Assembly: GCA_017654855.1 (NCBI GenBank)
Contig: CM030333.1
Span: forward strand, 4,278,001 to 4,342,000
DNA length: 64,000 nucleotides
Direction of reading: 5' to 3'
Source of the DNA: Podospora anserina
Lineage: Eukaryota
Made by a program: the position numbers and the translations under genes. The notes under the pieces were generated by a model. It did no database searches. It was not told where the DNA came from and saw only the letters and a program-made list of their open reading frames with translations. This document shows, piece by piece, positions 37,983-48,559 of this stretch. The number at the start of each line of letters is the position of its first letter. The first letter of the stretch is position 1.

Positions 37983-39059
37983 GGTGGGGGTTGTTGGTTC
38001 AGGTGTAATGGGTGGTAGTGGTGGCTTTTCGTCAGCAACCAGTGGTGAAGGTGGTGACACTGGGCCGTGTTGAGGTGGTGAAGATAAGCTGTGGTATGGT
38101 GGTGGTGGTATCGAGGGTGAGTGAGCAGTTGAATGTGTCGGGGAAGGCGGTATCAAAGCGAGGGGCTCGTCCTCGGAGTCGCTTGCCGAGTTATGGTAAG
38201 AAGTTTCGTCTTCAGATGCCGACAACGTCACAAGACGAGGAGGAAAGCGAGGAACCTCCCTTTTCGCGGTATACTCCCTTTCAATCTCTCGATGTCGACG
38301 TTGTAAAGCAGCCAAACTGTGATGTAACAGCCAGAACGGAAGCCTACATAAGAAAACGACTATATCGTAAAGTAATCGGATGTAAACCTTGTGATGCAAG
38401 GAGGAAGGTGGCATCAGATCAGTAGCTCAGAAAAATAAAATTAAAAAGTAGGGGTCCTTTAATTAAACCCAGTTCGGGAGAGCTTGCCCGGCCGTTGGGA
38501 AAACGGATGAACCAAAGCTGGACCTATCTTGGCCGATGAGGTAGTTGGTGGGGGTTGTTGTTGAACTGCGGGGCACGACGTCACCTTCTCCTAGCCTTGC
38601 TCGCGGCTAACAGACTCCGGCCCGAGTGAGTTTCTTTCTGGTATATAAAAACGTCCGAACGGTGAGAGGTGTGTCAGCTGTTTTGGTCTTGGTTTGAGGG
38701 AAAAGTTTTAGGAGTGCCGGCAATTATTTTGATGTTCTAGAATTAGAATGAGAGTAGGTAGATATTCCGGAAAGCCCAACATCTTTGGTTGCGGCCTGAT
38801 GAAAGTTGATTGATTGGCTTTTAATGCAAGGTACAGCAAGTGTGGCAACAATATATCTCCTGCTTTTTCTTGGAATACATGGACCAATAATAAGCTGTCT
38901 TCGTTTCTTTCTTTTGCTACGCAGACGACCAAAAAAGGGGTATTTACAAAACGAGCAAAAAAGCCAACCCATGTACAACTCAGTTAATTACCTCTCACAT
39001 CCAACCTCTCTCTATCGCCGTGTTTTGTCTATTCCCGCTATAATATAGAGAAAAACCTC

Positions 39060-41804
39060 TCATATCCCCAACCCCCTCACACACCCCCAAAGCACAACCG
39101 GCACAACAACATTATCATTCCCCCCCGTCAACACCGCCTCCGTCAAGCTCGCCAGCACCGAACAAACCCCCATCCTCGGCGCCTTCTCCCTCCCCCACTC
39201 CCTATACAACCTCCCAACATCCAACACCCCCATCAAACTCTCATGCCCTCCACCACCACCACCACCACCACCACCACCTCCAGTCGTCACAGTCTCCCAC
39301 CCCCCCAACCTCAACCACCCCCCTCCAACCCCCAACCCCAAAAACACCGCCCCCGCAAACGCCACACTCCCCTCAATACTCTTCCCCCCTCCCCAAAGCC
39401 ACTTCCTATGCCCCCACCTCCTCCCAATCAAACTAGCAGCCGCATCTCCCAACCCAACACACACAACGCCGCTCACCATCGCCAGTTCCCTCTCCCTCAC
39501 CTCCCACCCCCTAACATACCCCTCCCCCTCCCTCCCAAGACCAGCAAGCGACAGCCACAACGGAATAGCACAGCCAATCAGCAAAAAAATATGGCTAATC
39601 ACCACCGGCCCCCTCAAATCCCTCCCATCCACATACGGAGTGAGGAATTTCGCAATCGGTCCCGACAAAGGCGGCAGCTGACTCGCTCTGATCAGGTCCA
39701 GAAGTAGAAATATCGCTAGCATGAGTGACAACGCCAAAGCGATGTACGTAGGGTCGATGTAAATCGTAGGCAAGAACATGGCCACCATCATAAAGTGAAA
39801 CACCTTTCTTCTCGTGTCCACCTCGCAGACTGGTGATAGACTAAAGACTGTGGCGAGGCCGAACGCAATGATCGTCAGCCAGTAGCCGGAGAGGACAAGT
39901 CTCGTGTTGGCTTCTCCAAACGAAAACTGGCGGAGGTGTTGGATCCAGCCCGAGGAGCATTGGACGTCAGAAGGCTCGAGACGAAAAGGGAGGCAGATCC
40001 ATTTTTCTAGGTCGTGCTGCACCACCTGGAAGCGGAACTGTGAGAGCCCGCCAAAGAGATAACCCAACGCCCAGCCTATCGGTTCGTTGCCGTCTAGGGC
40101 GTAGTACTGGACGTAGGTCCGGATGCCGAGGAAGATGATGAGGATGATGCTCGTGAGGACGTAGCTCGAGTACATCCACTTGCGTAGGGTGGCTTGCTTA
40201 TGGGTGAGAGAAAAGAAGGCGCGCACGCTTGAGGACGCAGAACGTTTGCGGCGGCCGGACGGTGTGCTGCTTTTTGAGCGTGGGCCGGGCTTTCCCGTGG
40301 AAGGGAGAGTGTGCCTCCGAGGTACGCTTTGGCTAGCAGATGGCTTGGCAAAGCTGAGCTTGACAGCACTGGATGGAGCGTCAGGGGTTGGGGGGGGCAC
40401 GACTTCGTTTTCGCTGAAGCTGTCTGCCCGGAGGGTGGTGGGCTTGGTGGTAAGCTCTCGATCTGTAGACTGAGCCGAGTCGGAGAACGTGTTCGTGAAC
40501 TCCCCTGTAGACGATCGCTGCCGGCGGGCGTTTGGTGATGACAGCATCCGTTTTAGCTGCCCGAATCCAAAGCCCCCTTTCGACGGTATCTCGCTCCTCT
40601 TGAACCGCCACTTTGGTACACGGGCCAGAGAGATCCCCCATTGAATGACCTGACCGCTAAGAACCATGAGACCAATGCCGCCTCCCCATAAAACAGCCTG
40701 CAAAATAACTGCCTGGGGAGAGGTTGCTAGTAGTAGTAGGTTTATGAGTGCCACCGACAGCAGTTGGAGCTCGGCTACCAAGAGACTGGTCGTGGTAAGA
40801 TGGTGCAAGATAAGACACAAAGTCTGGTGTAATGGATACAGCAAGACCAACACTTCAGCTGACATCTCGCCCTGCTGGGATCCTGGGGTTGTTGCCATGA
40901 GTCTGTCCAGAAACAGCGGAGCGCACGAGAACAGCCAGTGACTCGAGCTGAGGCTCTCCCAATACCGTGAACCCGGGAACAGAGCCCTGGGCAATGCTGC
41001 TATGCCGAGAACCAAATTTGGCAATACGACACCCTTCACATTTTGTGCCACCAAAAAGGATATTAGAACTGGCGTAAAGAATGGATAGAGAAGTGGTGCT
41101 GGATCGAACGTTGCCGGAACACGAATCGGCAAAGCCTTGGACGGCGTGCCACGACGGTAAGCCCATAGGGCCAGTCTCAGCGGATACAAAGCAGCTAATC
41201 CAAGCAGCATCGCTATTACAGCAAGAACTTCTGCGGCCACTCCGTTAGCCGGGTTACAATATCTGAATCTATTAGGGTACATACTCTTGCCGTATATCCT
41301 AACATAAGGTTGAGCGTCTGGGTTCAAAACCACGATGCCCCCTTGGAAGCCAAGCAACAACACTTCAGCTATTCTTCGTGTTACTTCCTTGCGCCGGCGC
41401 ACTCTTTCTGCGGTGACCCTCTTTTCGCCATGGTTTATACCCAACGCCGTCTTCCTGCCCTCCTCCTCCAGAACTGCCGGCGAGAGCCAGGGCGTGGATG
41501 TTCCGGAAAGCGGTTCATTCTTTCCACGAAGGCCCTTATGTAGCCTTACTTTTGGTGCGGGCAGACCCTTGAGGAAATGTTCATCGTCGGCTTCGGTCCC
41601 GCTGTCGCTCGGTGGTGTTGAGTCCTTGCCAAGGGAGGGAAACGGCTCGTGGCTCGGAATCAGGCAATCTGACGGTTCTAATAGCTCGAAGCTCCGACGG
41701 TGGTAAGGATGAGGGGACCGAGAGAGGACCCTCAAGGTGTCGAGATCGTCGTCCGCATTTTCAGCGGCGGTTTGGTTTGGTGGGGGTTGCAACTGCTCAG
41801 GCAT
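39060..41804 (-). CDS. SEC59: Dolichol kinase, Sec59-like (probable 54-nt intron 41231..41284)
   Basis: Many TM segments; DTRRKVFHF, DGRDLRGPVVISHIFLLIGCAIPLW, GLGDAAASLIG, KSIEGS, GGNDN motifs of CTP-dependent dolichol kinases. Confidence 0.9.
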   Translation of the reverse strand: MPEQLQPPPNQTAAENADDDLDTLRVLSRSPHPYHRRSFELLEPSDCLIPSHEPFPSLGKDSTPPSDSGTEADDEHFLKGLPAPKVRLHKGLRGKNEPLSGTSTPWLSPAVLEEEGRKTALGINHGEKRVTAERVRRRKEVTRRIAEVLLLGFQGGIVVLNPDAQPYVRIYGKSMYPNRFRYCNPANGVAAEVLAVIAMLLGLAALYPLRLALWAYRRGTPSKALPIRVPATFDPAPLLYPFFTPVLISFLVAQNVKGVVLPNLVLGIAALPRALFPGSRYWESLSSSHWLFSCAPLFLDRLMATTPGSQQGEMSAEVLVLLYPLHQTLCLILHHLTTTSLLVAELQLLSVALINLLLLATSPQAVILQAVLWGGGIGLMVLSGQVIQWGISLARVPKWRFKRSEIPSKGGFGFGQLKRMLSSPNARRQRSSTGEFTNTFSDSAQSTDRELTTKPTTLRADSFSENEVVPPPTPDAPSSAVKLSFAKPSASQSVPRRHTLPSTGKPGPRSKSSTPSGRRKRSASSSVRAFFSLTHKQATLRKWMYSSYVLTSIILIIFLGIRTYVQYYALDGNEPIGWALGYLFGGLSQFRFQVVQHDLEKWICLPFRLEPSDVQCSSGWIQHLRQFSFGEANTRLVLSGYWLTIIAFGLATVFSLSPVCEVDTRRKVFHFMMVAMFLPTIYIDPTYIALALSLMLAIFLLLDLIRASQLPPLSGPIAKFLTPYVDGRDLRGPVVISHIFLLIGCAIPLWLSLAGLGREGEGYVRGWEVRERELAMVSGVVCVGLGDAAASLIGRRWGHRKWLWGGGKSIEGSVAFAGAVFLGLGVGGGWLRLGGWETVTTGGGGGGGGGGGGHESLMGVLDVGRLYREWGREKAPRMGVCSVLASLTEAVLTGGNDNVVVPVVLWGCVRGLGI

Positions 41805-43633
41805 GGCCAATCTCGAAGAGCGATCTGGCGCAACATGGGGGTTTTGCAAGAGCTAGGCAGGTTCCGAAGCTGGATTAGATATTGTCCACAGTGTTGAAAA
41901 CTGTCGTTGACATGTTTGGCCACCTGGTTAGTCTGCTGGCGCCGTTGACGTTGACGTTGGAGCGTTGTCAGGCGGTTATCACATGCCCGAAAGTAGCTAA
42001 GAGGTGTCCTGTCCGTCCCCTTGAACGCACGATGCAATTACTCCCTGGATCCCGGCGGGCCGTCAAGCCACTGATGACGGGACGGAGGTGGTCATAGCTT
42101 CAAGGGAATTTGACGCGCGATGTGGCTCAGGGGTGGCTTGTAGCTGTGTGTGGAGGGCTTTCAACGACATTCGATTCAAGACATTGCGCTCTGACTGAAG
42201 ACAGTGTTTGATGAGATAAAGAATTGTGTTTCAGACATTTGAAACCACAGGCAAGGCTCTCTCTCGGCTGGTATCTGTGCTTCTTCAAGCATTGGCAAGT
42301 TCTCCTCAAGGCTTTGCTTGGATGGTGGGTAATGCTCTGTTTTTAGATGAATACGAGATGAGAGCCTGACACTAAAAAAGATAGCAACATTTGATCTCAT
42401 CTCGTCAATATCAACACGACGGCAAAAGACACATCATTACTGGTATTTGTTTCCAAGCACAATCGATGTTGACTCTGACGATAGCGGAGGGCCTATGGTA
42501 CCGGAAAAAGCTCGCATAAAATAATTCTCATGTCCATGGCGGCTGGGCGAACACCATGTCGGGATACTACAGTCTTTATCAATGACGTTGACGACTTTCC
42601 AGAATCCACAGTTAGGGTATAGTGTAATTAGCGCAGTTATTAACCAACTTTGTGTCCGTTACCGCCTTGGCTAGCCCAGTATCCGAAGTTGAAACATGTC
42701 GAACTCTGGATGACAGACGGCCGGATTTCCCACCTGTTTTGGGGACACGTGTGTACGCTCTTGGCAGCGGCTCATGAGGAGAAGAAAGCATGCGGTGAAA
42801 CTGAAGCCTCTCTGGCAGTGTCTCTCGCCTGCCGCGTCAACACCTCCCATTTGCGAACTGGTGATTGTCGACAATCGAGGTGGCGCTAGTCCAGACTGCC
42901 AAGAGGTGGAACGGCACATCTTGCTCAGCTCGCTGCACCTCGATTCGGTGGGACAGCCCCGATCGTGAGCCCCCCACCAACCACTCCCGCTGAAGACGAG
43001 GAAAAAAACGAATGGCTGACAGAAGAGAAGGAGGCTGCAGTCCGAAGGCTGGAGTGGCATCCATCCCGAGCCTCAAATACCAACACGAGGTGAGATACTG
43101 ACCCAATTGCCTGATCAGTCAGTCCTCTGTGAAGCTGTCGAGCCTTTGTGTCTTTTGTCCGGGCGGCCGGACTGGCGAGAAGGCTCTGTGACTCTGTCAC
43201 TCTCTGTTCTCTTCTGGTTCTGTTCCAGGAGCTCCCTGCCAGGCTGTTCCCGCCCCTGTGGATGTTGGTGGGGACAATTCACACCCCTGCCAGTGCGGCG
43301 TCATCAAGGCTTCTGCGAGCTCCCTCTCTGCATTTCAGGAGCCGAACACCTCGATGGTTTTTGTGAACTTCTACCGTCGGATTTATATCCCCAACCAGCC
43401 CAATTGATTATTACCAAACATAACCGCCAACCACCCCCCCCCTCCGCCTTCTTTGTCCTGTTGCCACTGCCACGCACATCAGACTCTGCCACAGCGCCTT
43501 CCCAGCCAAGCTGAACATATCAAGCTTTCTGTCGGTGGGGGTGTTGCTTGAGAGATCGGTGAAGGTGGAGCTGTGAGCGGAAATTCGGCAACGTGGAAGG
43601 CTGGCAGCTGGGAAAGCTCAGGTTTTGATACGA

Positions 43634-43849
43634 GTAAGCTTTTTCACAGATTGATCCTTTCCTTTTCGTCCACTGTCGAGCAGCTTCCGAGACCGAGAGC
43701 CGTCTGTCATACATTTGTCGTAGTGCCTGCCCGATTTCCCTGCTTGGACTTGGCCTTACCTGATTTCTGCTTGTCTCAACTCCGCAAACCAAACCAAAAC
43801 CCCAGACGTTGCATGGACTGGATCACTGGTCGCTGACTGTCTCGTCCAG
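43634..43849 (+). other. Probable 5'-UTR intron of the downstream gene at 44032
   Basis: GTAAGC donor at 43634, GCTGAC branch at 43832-43837, CCAG acceptor ending at 43849. Confidence 0.45.
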
Positions 43850-44031
43850 CACACAACCACACAAGCAGTCTGATACTGGGCATCTCCTAGACTAGTGCGA
43901 GTGATACATCGGCGGCAAGCTTTTCCATAGGCGCGGAGATTCAGCGCCATACATCACGGTGGACTCTTCCTGCAGCTATTCGGCACCCCCCCCACCTGAT
44001 CGTCTCCTCTTCTGCATTATCAAAAACAGCC

Positions 44032-45251
44032 ATGAGTCCTTCAAGCCCAGTCGGTGGTAAGCCGCCTTCTTACGAGCCAGTTCCCGCTGTCGACATCGAC
44101 GAGAAGGCTGCCATTCAGACACCAAAAGATCTCGAGGACGGCCAACCACAACCTCGACGCAAAACCATGACTTTCTGCCGAAGAGCCATGTTAGTCTTGG
44201 GCCTCACATGGCTGGTGCTAACCGGTGTGGCCATGGCCGGCCCTCACCCGCGGTGGAAGATGCCGTGCCATCAGGCCGAAGGCCAGCAAGAGGTCGCCGA
44301 TGCCTCAAGGGATTCATCATTCTCAACTCTACTGAACGCGGCATCGCCCAAGTCTCTTCACGACCTTCTCCACCGGTACTTCCCCGAGAAGTTCCAGGAC
44401 GGTGTCTGGCCATCGGAGCGCGATGCCGTTGCGGCCGTTCACCAAGCCAATGCGGCTTTGGCAACGTCCATTGTCCAACTGGCCAAGCGGGACGCGAACT
44501 CGACCTCGATCGAAACCTCCACTAGCGTGCCTGAACCCGAGCCCACAACTTCAACGTCCTCTACTTCTGTGCCCCCAGTTGAGACCACCACCACCACCCC
44601 AACCAGCACCTCGGTCATCACTCCCAGCAGCAAGCCGTCTCCCACGCCCACTCCCGAGCCTACTCCTACTACACAACCTGGTACGTCCCTCACGAGTCCC
44701 ACAGGGAACACTCTTCCCCCGGATGACCCTTCTTCTTCTGTGCCGCGGACGACTGTTGGTGCGTCTTCCACCTCTATGGCTTCGTCGTCCTCTTCGTCGT
44801 TGTCGTCGTCCTCTTCATCGCAGGTGTTGTCTTCTGCGGTTGATGGAGGTACGTTCGGCTTTTTTTTCCCCCAGACGTTTTGCTCGACGTTTTGCTCGTT
44901 GATATGAATTTGGAGTGATTGCTAATAGTCATCATAGAAACGACTTTGACGACCTCTACCATCCTGCCTGATGAGGAGACGTCTACTTCTACGCCTCCTC
45001 CCAACACGACCAACACGAGACGTACCTCTAGCTCTATCGTCACCACTTTCACTCAGACCTCCAATGGCAATGTCATCACTGTCACATCGACGACTTTTGT
45101 CTATGACATCCCGGTAGAGACGACGCCAGCGGGTGCTGAGGAGCCGACTGTTACCCCTAGCCTCCAGAACGGGGCTCCCGGGATGCAGAAGCAGCAAAAG
45201 GGGTCGTTGTTGGCGGGTGTTATTGCTGCGATGGGCATGTTTCTGATTTAG
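44032..45251 (+). CDS. Ser/Thr/Pro-rich surface protein with N-proximal TM, LAKR (Kex2-like) site and GPI-like C-terminus (exons 44032..44848, 44938..45251)
   Basis: GTACGT..GCTAAT..TAG phase-1 intron joins ORFs 44032 and 44919; PPSY motif, TM AMLVLGLTWLVLTGVAMA, S/T-rich body, PSLQNGA...LLAGVIAAMGMFLI tail. Confidence 0.8.
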
Positions 45252-45975
45252 TGGGTGGAATTGGTGCGGACGCAAACCGGGTGGGAATGGGGGCCCCCTG
45301 TTTGTTTTCTGGCGGGCATTGAGCTGGGGTGCTTCATGGTGGCGGCTCTTTTCTTTCTGATGGTGGTTCTTTTCTTTCTGTCGTTCTGCATCGCAATGGG
45401 TCTTGGTTTTATTTTCAGGGTCTTGGGGTTCATCATTTCCTGTTTTCTTGGCGAGCCGTACTGCGTCATTCACGGCCGGCGCAGGCATCACATTCATTAC
45501 GGGAGGGATATACACATGGTAACAAAAGGGAAACATATGGCATAGATGGAACACAAACACACGCACAGAGAGAGAGAAGGGAGGGAATGTACATATATAC
45601 GGGTATTATAATTGGTGGATTAGAGGGATCAATGGATGGGTAGGGAGCAGCTTTTTGCTGTAGCTATGCTGACATGATGATAGAGGAATACTATTGACAT
45701 TACAAAAAGAGACATGAGTGAGATTGTGATCCTACGAATTATATCTCTCTCCATCATTCGAATCCCTAGCCTCTGCCATGTTTTGGCAACTCCAAAAGTA
45801 TAGGTAGTGATTGCGCATGATCTCGCTTTATTTATTATGGCCGCTATGAGAGTGATTTTGGGTATCGAAAATAGCATGGAGAAGTAATGTAAACAGGGTG
45901 TCTCTGGTGAATGTCTCGAGTTGGAATGTGCCCCCTTTTTCCCGGACATTCAACAACAAACAGGCGTGATGTGAT

Positions 45976-46486
45976 TTAACCGGGCCCAATCTTTGGCATA
46001 TCGTGGTGCTCGCTCAGCCTGGAGAGGTGGGAATTCAGCTCCTCGACGCGCTGCTTGTGGGTTTTGAGGAGCTCGGGGCGGAGTTTGCCCGAGGAGGTGA
46101 GTTCTTGTAACTATTGATACAACACCCGTCAGTTACAGCATTGAAGGATGGGATGGTGGTGGGGGGGGGTGGAAGCATACCCTCTTGCGCTTTGCCTCTA
46201 GGAACCTGCGCTCTGCTTCTGTCTTTGGGGGGTCATTATCATCGTTCTCCCCGTTTTCTGGTGGTGGTTCTTGGGATGGTGAGCGGCGTTGGGGTTGTTT
46301 TTCTGAGTCGGGGGTGGGTTCGGGTGTTGGTTTGTCTGCTGGGGGACCGGTAGAGAGGTTCTTTTCTAGGTCGGAGGGTTTGGATTTGGATTTTTTCTTC
46401 TTCTTTTTTATGGCGGCAGGGTTGTTGGAGACGCCTTTTAGTTTGAGGGTGCCGGGGACTGCGGCGCGGTAGTCTTCTGAGGGCAT
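45976..46486 (-). CDS. FAM32A / DUF1754 small basic nuclear protein (exons 46486..46181, 46110..45976)
   Basis: LKLKG, poly-Lys, [46 protein letters not shown] intron. Confidence 0.9.
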
Positions 46487-47676
46487 TGTGGGCGGGGGTT
46501 ATAGGGGAATGGGGGGATGTGGGAGGACGGGAAGGGTGGTGATGATGGGTTGATGGTTGAACTGCGGCGACTGGAGAAGGCGGTGGAAGATGGCAGGGTG
46601 CGATAAGATTCAGATAAGATACAGACATGTGTGTGGGGCGAAAAAGCGGGCGCCGTGTCGCGCCGAGAAAAAAAGCACAGACCCGGACCCCACTGAAAAG
46701 TTTTGGGGTATATCTTTAGATTTTGCGGTGCGAATTTGACGGTTTCTTCTTTTTCTTCTTTAGATCAAAAAGTATTCACGGAGCTGCCACGACCGTCGCT
46801 AGTATCCCACGGCGTCTGGTTGCCTGACCCTCGTTTGAGAGTCGCGCTCCGGAGATTGAAATCCTTGATAGGAAGTTTTGCACCTTTTCCTCTGTGGGTG
46901 TTAAATGCTGAATGATTGGAGACATTTTTTTTTGTTTGCTGTTGATGATGGGGATGGAGGGGCTGGTTGAGGGCTTCTCTGGACCTGGATTATCAAGAAT
47001 TACGATTGATTGCTGTGATTTTGCTGCCAAGTGCTGCGATTGCTCTGCTATCAATCAAGTCATTGCCGTCAAGCTGTGATTTGCAACGTTTGTTGATGTG
47101 GGCTTCTCGTGGTGTCGTTGGCATTCGCGATCTGTGATCCAGGCCCGGGCTGCCCAACTTCCATCACTGTGATGATTCTTGAACACTTGCTGCTGTACGT
47201 GCATTTCAACGCGACTCTTATCTGGTCCCTACGCTCTGGTTTATTTTTGTGTTCGTCACTGGCATCTCGACGTCTCAGACTCGTCCCAGCTCAGTCCCTC
47301 ATGTGGTCGCGTCTCCCGCTTCCTCACCGACGACGTAGGAATGCTTCTCAATATGCCCCCATTCCCGAACCAAGACACCACAACATAGCTCGGGACGGCC
47401 GTCCAAATCACTCAGGCGTGGGAGGTAACAGTTTCAAATCAGAGATGGGTGATCGAGTGATTCTGTTCTGGCATATAAGCCACGATAGACACGACCACCA
47501 TGGCGAGCTCTTGTTCTCCTTTTTCTTTCCTCAAGGTTTGGATCATTCAACCGTAGTCGCTCTCTGTGTTTTTTCTTGTTTTTCTTGACAGACACCCTCT
47601 TTTGACTTCAGTCACTCTTTTTGACTTGTTCTTCTACTACTACACTCTTTTTAGACTCTTTAAATTCATCATCGTC

Positions 47677-48428
47677 ATGTCGTAAGCTTCCTTCCCCCCT
47701 TTCTGTGATATATATCGACTGGTTGTCTAATGATGGAGAGTAAAAGTGAGTGGATAGGCACCGACGGACTATACTCCGCCTCTCTCCTCTCCTGCGACCC
47801 CCCCGAGCCTACTTTTACCCGTGAATGGGTCGTCAACTTTATCGCTGCCGACGCGAGCTCTTCCTGGGATGCTGCTTATACGATTATGCAAGAGTTCACT
47901 GGCGATGCCAACCTCTGGTCTGTCCCCGAGAGCGGGATCCCCCCCAACTTTGTCCAGACTGCCGTCAAGTGTGCCGGGTGCGCCGAGCCGACTGTTACGA
48001 TCACTTGCCCGAATGTTTTGGGGACGGAGGCTGCTGTTGTGGTGGGCAATGGTGTTTGGGCTACTGTTGCGCCTGAGGCTGAGGTTGAGGCTGGTGCTGC
48101 GGTGAATGGTGAGCCGGGACGGGTTGCGGCTGTTTCGCGGGGTGAATGGGAGGGGGATGGTGATTGGGAGCTTGTTGCTTCTGGGGAGGGGCCTGACTTT
48201 GGGTTGAGCGGTAGTCTCTTGGGTGAGTCTGGGGATGGGAATGGGGAGGAGGCTGTTGTTGAGGGTGGTGGTGCGTCGGCTGCTGGTGTTGCTGCTGCCC
48301 CGGCGGGGGTTAATGTGCCTACTGGGACGGAGGAGAAGGTTGCTTTTGCTACTGCTGGGGCGGGGAGCTTGACGCTCAAGAGGGGGTTGATGTGGGGGCT
48401 TGCTTTGGGGTTGGTGGCTTTCTTCTAG
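47677..48428 (+). CDS. Hypothetical Ala/Gly-rich protein with CxxC...TITCP motif and GPI-like hydrophobic tail (5' structure uncertain)
   Basis: ATG TC|GTAAGC at 47677-47687 with CTAAT branch and an in-frame AAG acceptor at 47746; IPPNFVQTAVKCAGCAEPTVTITCP; C-terminal TAGAGSL...LMWGLALGLVAFF. Confidence 0.6.
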
Positions 48429-48559
48429 ATGACTGGGGATGCTTTGAGACGGGCGTTTCTTTCTGTTAGGTTTGGGATGTTGTGATGTACTTTGGCAGCA
48501 ACATATGGCGTTTAGGAGACAACACACGATCTATTCTTTTCTATGAAAGACAGTCTTTA

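Noticed and set aside
47769..48527. 252-aa minus-strand ORF
   Set aside because: Antisense shadow of the G-rich plus-strand gene
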